A stretch of 11,241 nt of DNA, from the NCBI GenBank assembly GCA_964388035.1, contig CAYLZE010000141.1:1-11241 (forward strand), in the 5' to 3' direction. The stretch is from an uncultured archaeon (GTDB taxonomy: Archaea; Asgardarchaeota; Lokiarchaeia; Sigyniarchaeales; SOKP01). A program made the translations under genes and the position numbers. Each line of letters opens with the position of its first letter. Within the stretch, counting starts at the first letter, position 1. This document shows, one piece after another, positions 6,511 through 11,241 of the stretch. The notes below the pieces were generated by a model. It ran no database searches and was not told where the DNA came from. It was given only the letters and a program-made list of their open reading frames with translations.

Positions 6511-7872
6511 TTATTTAATTTTAAAAGAAATTGCAGGAGAGTTTTTGAAGTTATTTGGAACGGAAATAATAATGTATTCTGTTTCTTCTTTCCAATTTAG
6601 ATTTTCTTCATTTCCAAGGAGGGTAATGCTAAAAATTGGTTTCAAATCTTCTTTTTTTAGCGTTATCTCATCGGTCTCAATTTTACCTAATACAATAACA
6701 TAGAGAGAATCTTTTTTTTGCGTGAATCTTACGGGATAATTTTCAGCAGTCGAACTTTCTGCATGATTCCAAGGTCTAGTTCCATATATGGCTTCTCCGT
6801 TTATATCTAACCATTGACCTAGTTCTAAAATCACCTTCTTTTGTAGGTCTGGAATAGTTCCATCAACCATTGGTCCAATATTCAGGAGGAGATTCCCGTT
6901 TTTCGAAACGATATCTACAAACATGTGAATTAATTCTTCACCAGACATGTAATCTTTTTCAGTTTCAAATTGATTATATCCGAAAGACATTCCTATCCCT
7001 CTACACGCCTCCCATTTCTTCTTGTTGATTTTCTTAGAAGTCGCATATTCTGGGGTTAAAAAATCATAATGAGCTAATTTGGTAAATATTCTTTTTTCGG
7101 GAATGATTTGTTTCCATCTATCATTAACAACCCCTTCCGGATTCTTATTATAAAAATATGCAAATATTTCAAGGATATCTTTCCCAGGTGGATATCCCAT
7201 ATCTGCCCAAAGTATCATTGGGTCATATCTATCAATTAACTCCAGAATATGGTTGTTCACATAGTTTGTATAATCTGGAGGATTAATATAATTCCCTAAA
7301 AAGCTTTCTGGATCTTTTATTGGATTAAGATTAAAGGTCCAGTCCCATGCAGTGCTATAATAGAAGCCCATTTTCATGTTATTTGCTTTAACTACGCTAG
7401 TTAGTTCACCGACAAGATCTCTGCGGGCAAGATAATTCTCTTTATTCGGATTGGGGTGTTTACTAGGCCACAAAAGAAACCCATCACAATGCTTCGTGGT
7501 AAATACCACGTATTTTGCTCCGACCTTTTCAAATAACTTCACCCATTCCTCTGGATTCCACTTTTTTATCGCTTCATTGAATATCGGAATAAAGTCATCA
7601 TATGAGAAATCTTTACCATACTTTTCAAAATGATATTTTTGTGTGGGACTATCAGGTATCCGGAGTGAATTGAGATACCATTCTGCGTAAGGATTGTTTT
7701 TAAAATGCTGTTCTAAACCTCTTTTCATAGATTCTACTAAATCAATACCCGTAACTCCAAATGCCGGAATGGAATAAAGCCCCCAATGAATGAAAATGCC
7801 CAATTTTGCATCATGATACCATTCTGGAACTTCATGTTTAGTTATGGATTCCTTATCTGGTGTATAATTCAT
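6511..7872 (-). CDS. GH29 alpha-L-fucosidase (Thermotoga-like), no signal peptide
   Basis: PEWYHDAKLGIFIHWGLYSIP, NPYAEWY, TTKHCDGFLLW, nucleophile LWADMG, acid/base DFLTPEY, WEACRGIGMSFGYN and VSKNGNLLLNIGP. Confidence 0.95.
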   Translation of the reverse strand: MNYTPDKESITKHEVPEWYHDAKLGIFIHWGLYSIPAFGVTGIDLVESMKRGLEQHFKNNPYAEWYLNSLRIPDSPTQKYHFEKYGKDFSYDDFIPIFNEAIKKWNPEEWVKLFEKVGAKYVVFTTKHCDGFLLWPSKHPNPNKENYLARRDLVGELTSVVKANNMKMGFYYSTAWDWTFNLNPIKDPESFLGNYINPPDYTNYVNNHILELIDRYDPMILWADMGYPPGKDILEIFAYFYNKNPEGVVNDRWKQIIPEKRIFTKLAHYDFLTPEYATSKKINKKKWEACRGIGMSFGYNQFETEKDYMSGEELIHMFVDIVSKNGNLLLNIGPMVDGTIPDLQKKVILELGQWLDINGEAIYGTRPWNHAESSTAENYPVRFTQKKDSLYVIVLGKIETDEITLKKEDLKPIFSITLLGNEENLNWKEETEYIIISVPNNFKNSPAISFKIK

Positions 7873-7939
7873 TTTTTAAATCACAAATTTTGAATTAATT
7901 TAACAACATAATTAATTTATACTAATGAAATATTTACTA

Positions 7940-8028
7940 AGGTTCTATATTTTTCTATCATTCATAATGATTATCTGATGAAGTTATCTAGATTATCTTA
8001 AAAATCATTTAAAAAACGGTGGTTTTCC
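7940..8028. repeat. Direct repeat copy 2 (in the fucosidase/Lrp divergent intergenic region)
   Basis: Matches 5242-5330 without gaps; similarity is lost outside these bounds. Confidence 0.93.
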
Positions 8029-8060
8029 CCGCTTTAAATATTAAATTGTTTATCATAACA

Positions 8061-8074
8061 GAAAAATTTTAAAT
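8061..8074 (+). promoter_or_regulatory. Putative BRE/TATA for the Lrp gene
   Basis: GAAAAA followed by TTTTAAAT about 75 nt upstream of ATG 8147. The AT-rich background lowers significance. Confidence 0.3.
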
Positions 8075-8146
8075 ATTGTTCAAATATTCATTTATTGTTA
8101 ATTATCATCTATTGTTAAGAAAATCGGAATCAGGGTAAGGTAAAAT

Positions 8147-8608
8147 ATGCGAAAAGATAAGGAACTCGATGAAATTGATAAAGATATCATTAGGATCTTG
8201 CAGGAAAATGCTCGTACCTCCTATAGGGAGATACAAGATAAACTTGGCATAAGTATCGGTACCATCCATAATCGAATTAGTAAACTGAAAGAGAGTGAAA
8301 TCATTGAGGGGTATACATTAAAATTAAATAATACTAAATTAGGATACAAATTGACATTTTTGATTAGAATTCAAATCGACGGAAAACATACGGAAGAAGT
8401 ACTGAAAGAACTTTCTAAAATGCCCGAAGTATGTTCCGTATTCCATACCACCGGGGATCAATCCGCGGCTTTGATATGCCGGTTCCGGGAATCGGAAGAT
8501 ATCCATGATTTCATTCGGGAATTAAATGAAAATCCCCATGTATCAAGAACTGTGTCAAATCTAGTCCTAAAAGAATACAAGTCATCTCCACACGTCCTCT
8601 TTTTTTAG
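8147..8608 (+). CDS. Lrp/AsnC family transcriptional regulator
   Basis: LDEIDKDIIRILQENARTSYREIQDKLGISIGTIHNRISKLKESEIIEGY (AsnC HTH) and a C-terminal RAM domain with 'PEV...HTTGD'; 153 aa. Confidence 0.95.
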   Translation: MRKDKELDEIDKDIIRILQENARTSYREIQDKLGISIGTIHNRISKLKESEIIEGYTLKLNNTKLGYKLTFLIRIQIDGKHTEEVLKELSKMPEVCSVFHTTGDQSAALICRFRESEDIHDFIRELNENPHVSRTVSNLVLKEYKSSPHVLFF

Positions 8609-8771
8609 ATTTGGGAGAATAAATTAGAAATATTGGGACGCCGCTACTTTTATGTGCACTAACTCTTTCTTTATAATGAGCAGGAAATAGGAAATAAAAA
8701 GACACCCTGTCTGGACCCAGCAGAGAATATCTTAAGAGAAATCGATAATCTTCGGTTATTATTTAAATTAT

Positions 8772-8796
8772 ATAAATATAAATTATTTATATTTAT
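8772..8796. promoter_or_regulatory. 25-bp AT-only palindrome upstream of the zinc-ribbon gene
   Basis: ATAAATATAAAT-T-ATTTATATTTAT: perfect 12-bp arms with a 1-nt spacer. Confidence 0.4.
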
Positions 8797-8849
8797 GGAG
8801 AGTTATATCATTATATAATCCAATTCAAATTGATATAAAAAGGGAAAAA

Positions 8850-9374
8850 ATGCCAACTATATACTGCTTTTTTCAACTTCCGGAGCATGTTGAACAGGTA
8901 TGGACTAAAAATGTGCAATTTTGGAAAGAAAAAAAAAGTAAAATATTAAACGAGTACCTTTCGGAATCTGGATTATATCGGACAATGACTATCAAACATG
9001 GAATTTCTGCTCATATCTATGGAACTTCTATGGGAGAGAAATATAGACTAAGATTTGCTTATCTTCCTGACGATAATCTAACTCAAGTTGAGATAGAGAT
9101 TAAATTTTCCTATATGGGCAGAGGATATGTATGGAAAGTTCCTAAAGATATGATCACAGATTGGGCTTTCCAAATGGATTTACCTCAAGTAGAGTTTTAT
9201 ACAAAGAAAAAGAGTTTACAACAAAGGAACGAATTTGAAAAAATTTCCGATATTATAGAAAATAAGGGAATTATATCCAAAAGAGTATATTGTCCTCATT
9301 GTGGATCTGCGAATACCTACAAAACCTTGTATTGTAAAGATTGTGGCTTAGACTTGCGATTAAAGAAGAAGTAA
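8850..9374 (+). CDS. Hypothetical protein with C-terminal zinc ribbon
   Basis: C-terminal CPHCG-x9-CKDCG. The N-terminal ~110-aa domain was not recognised. Confidence 0.75.
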   Translation: MPTIYCFFQLPEHVEQVWTKNVQFWKEKKSKILNEYLSESGLYRTMTIKHGISAHIYGTSMGEKYRLRFAYLPDDNLTQVEIEIKFSYMGRGYVWKVPKDMITDWAFQMDLPQVEFYTKKKSLQQRNEFEKISDIIENKGIISKRVYCPHCGSANTYKTLYCKDCGLDLRLKKK

Positions 9375-9639
9375 AGTATAAAATACTATTTTTATGCAAA
9401 AAAAGAAGGTTTTAATGCAGGATTTCGTTTGATTTAATAATGCTTCATTCAATCTGATTTCTCGGTGAAAATTTTGGAGGGACGAGCGAGAAAAAAATAT
9501 GTAAGAAATATTAACCATATATTTTTTAAATTTAAAAATATTTCCAGATCTCAGCAAGAAAGGATTAAATTGATCATCACCATCCGCTACAATTAGAATC
9601 AAAAAAAGTAATTACAAATAAAGGTTCAAGTGAGGAGCA

Positions 9640-11241
9640 ATGAGTATTGAACGAAAACAAGGGTACTTCTCCTTAGTGTTACACGGGCATATTCCTTGGT
9701 GTAAGCGATCCGGTGTTTGGCCCGCGGGCGAAGAATGGATAATGGAAGCAATGTTGGAAACCTATATCCCCATGCTAAACGTATTAAGAGAGTTACGCGA
9801 GAAAAATATTAAAACTGCAATCACTATCAACATGACCCCTATTTTAGCCGAGCAGTTATGCGATGATTACATGAAACATAGATTCACGGAATACATGGAA
9901 GGTTTAATTGCTCGAGCTAAATCAGATATTAATCGGTTCGAACATTTTCCCCAAAAAAAGAAGATCGTCGAATTTCATTTAAATAATTTTCAGCACGTGC
10001 TTGATACCTTTTACCATAATTATTATCGAGATCTTCTGGGAACTTTTAAATGGTTACAAGAAGAAAAGATGATTGAATTGATTACTTGCGCCGCTACCCA
10101 TGGATTCTTACCACTCTTGGAACATGATTCAGGAGTATTTTCTCAGATTCAAGTAGCTGTAGACACTCATGTAAAACACTTCAAGCGAGCACCTAAAGGA
10201 ATCTGGTTACCCGAGTGTGCTTATAGGCCTAAAGAATTGAAAGAAGGAAAAGTCAGAGAAAGCATGGATTATTGGCTAAAAAATTCGGGAATTGAATATT
10301 TTTTCGTGGATTCTCACGGCATTCTGGATGCTAATTTAATCGAAGCACGTAATGATTTGGGGTTAAATACTAATTATGGGTATCAATTAACCACAAACAC
10401 TTGCGTTTTTGGACGAAATGTGAGAACAAGCAGGCAAGTCTGGGATGCTAAAGAGGGATACCCCGGTAATGAAAATTATCGCGAATTCCATAGAAAAGAC
10501 GCTCAATCGGGATTACATTATTGGAAAATAACGGATAAAACAATACCTAATGATCAAAAGCAATTATATGACCCCGAAAAAGCTCAAGAAACGCTAATTA
10601 CTCACGCTCATCATTTTGCTAAGCTTTTAGAAAGTGAAACAGAGCAATTTTATAAAACGCATGAACTTGAAGGGATAATCGTTTCCCCTTTTGATTTCGA
10701 GCTATATGGGCATTGGTGGATGGAAGGGATTGATTGGTTGAGAAATGTATTTCAACTTATCAATGAAAGCAAGGTTATAGAAATGATTACGATTTCGGAT
10801 TTTATAAATAAATATAGGGACCACTTTTCTTTAATAGAAATGAAAGAAAGTAGCTGGGGCGAGGGCGGGCACTTTAAGATTTGGAACAATCCCGAACACG
10901 GCTGGATATGGCCCTACATTAATAATTCCATCAAACAATTAGAAGATTTGTTAGAAAATGTTCCTAATCCTACTGAATGGGAAGCAAGGATATTAAGGCA
11001 ATGCGCTCGCGAGTTATTATTAATGGAAGGAAGCGATTGGCCCTTTTTATTATATACAAAACAGGCAAAAGAATATGCCAATCAGAGATTTCATCATCAT
11101 CACCAGAGATTCAACAAGTTAATTTGGGCGGCGAAAGACCCGAATGATAAAAATCGAATTCCCTTGAGAGAATTCGAAGAGATTGAAGCAATCGATTCCT
11201 GTTTCCAAGAATTGAACATTGATTATTTTCGGAAAAAGGAT
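9640..11241 (+). CDS. GH57 1,4-alpha-glucan branching enzyme (DUF1957-containing); stop codon lies beyond the window
   Basis: Manual translation from ATG 9640 (GAGGAG SD): LVLHGHIPW, GEEWIMEAMLETYIP, TCAATHGFLPL, GIWLPECAY (nucleophile E, 10213-10215), SPFDFELYGHWWMEG (acid/base D, 10693-10695), RELLLMEGSDWPF, ending DSCFQELNIDYFRKKD. 534 codons to the edge. Confidence 0.93.
   Translation, partial: MSIERKQGYFSLVLHGHIPWCKRSGVWPAGEEWIMEAMLETYIPMLNVLRELREKNIKTAITINMTPILAEQLCDDYMKHRFTEYMEGLIARAKSDINRFEHFPQKKKIVEFHLNNFQHVLDTFYHNYYRDLLGTFKWLQEEKMIELITCAATHGFLPLLEHDSGVFSQIQVAVDTHVKHFKRAPKGIWLPECAYRPKELKEGKVRESMDYWLKNSGIEYFFVDSHGILDANLIEARNDLGLNTNYGYQLTTNTCVFGRNVRTSRQVWDAKEGYPGNENYREFHRKDAQSGLHYWKITDKTIPNDQKQLYDPEKAQETLITHAHHFAKLLESETEQFYKTHELEGIIVSPFDFELYGHWWMEGIDWLRNVFQLINESKVIEMITISDFINKYRDHFSLIEMKESSWGEGGHFKIWNNPEHGWIWPYINNSIKQLEDLLENVPNPTEWEARILRQCARELLLMEGSDWPFLLYTKQAKEYANQRFHHHHQRFNKLIWAAKDPNDKNRIPLREFEEIEAIDSCFQELNIDYFRKKD

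Noticed and set aside
6467-7633. Short plus-strand ORFs (6467-6703, 7451-7633)
   Set aside because: Antisense shadows of the fucosidase.
5242-8028. Repeats interpreted as a CRISPR array or composite transposon
   Set aside because: Only two copies 2.7 kb apart, and no spacers, cas genes, transposase or terminal inverted repeats.
380-8608. Pyrrolysine-type readthrough of the four TAG-ending genes
   Set aside because: The proteins look complete at TAG, and readthrough adds only 1-24 residues before another stop.
8511-8705. 64-aa minus-strand ORF
   Set aside because: Overlaps the Lrp 3' end antisense; no motif.
8676-8760. Plus-strand fragment TPCLDPAENILREIDNL, faintly like an IS630 or radical-SAM motif
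   Set aside because: Too short, no start codon, no terminal inverted repeats and no further motifs.
9360-9602. 80-aa minus-strand ORF and 16-bp AT palindrome at 9523-9538
   Set aside because: Low-complexity F/I/K-rich translation covering the GH57 promoter region; the palindrome is plausible by chance in AT-rich DNA.

Overview
AT-rich archaeal window, most consistent with an Asgard (Lokiarchaeia/Promethearchaeota) genome. This is inferred from a Loki-CTERM-like sorting signal, TrmB/Lrp regulators, GGAGG/GTGA Shine-Dalgarno motifs and an oligo-T terminator. Gene order: partial PhlG/DAPG-hydrolase-like gene (-, runs off the left edge, not in the ORF track), TrmB-like regulator (-), Cys-rich 2x[4Fe-4S] protein (+), flavodoxin (-), a probable decayed gene, DUF599 membrane protein (-), secreted C-terminally anchored protein (-), URO-D/MtaA-like protein (-), GH29 alpha-L-fucosidase (-), Lrp/AsnC regulator (+), zinc-ribbon protein (+), and a nearly complete GH57 branching enzyme (+, runs off the right edge, not in the ORF track). 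The most notable structure is an ~89-bp direct repeat (5242-5330 and 7940-8028, 76/89 identical by manual alignment) that brackets exactly the fucosidase + URO-D-like pair. The fucosidase carries a His->Cys change (KHCDGF) at a fucose-binding position. Together these suggest, as a hypothesis only, an acquired module for modified (e.g. O-methylated) fucose. No rRNA, tRNA, CRISPR array or intact transposase was seen.
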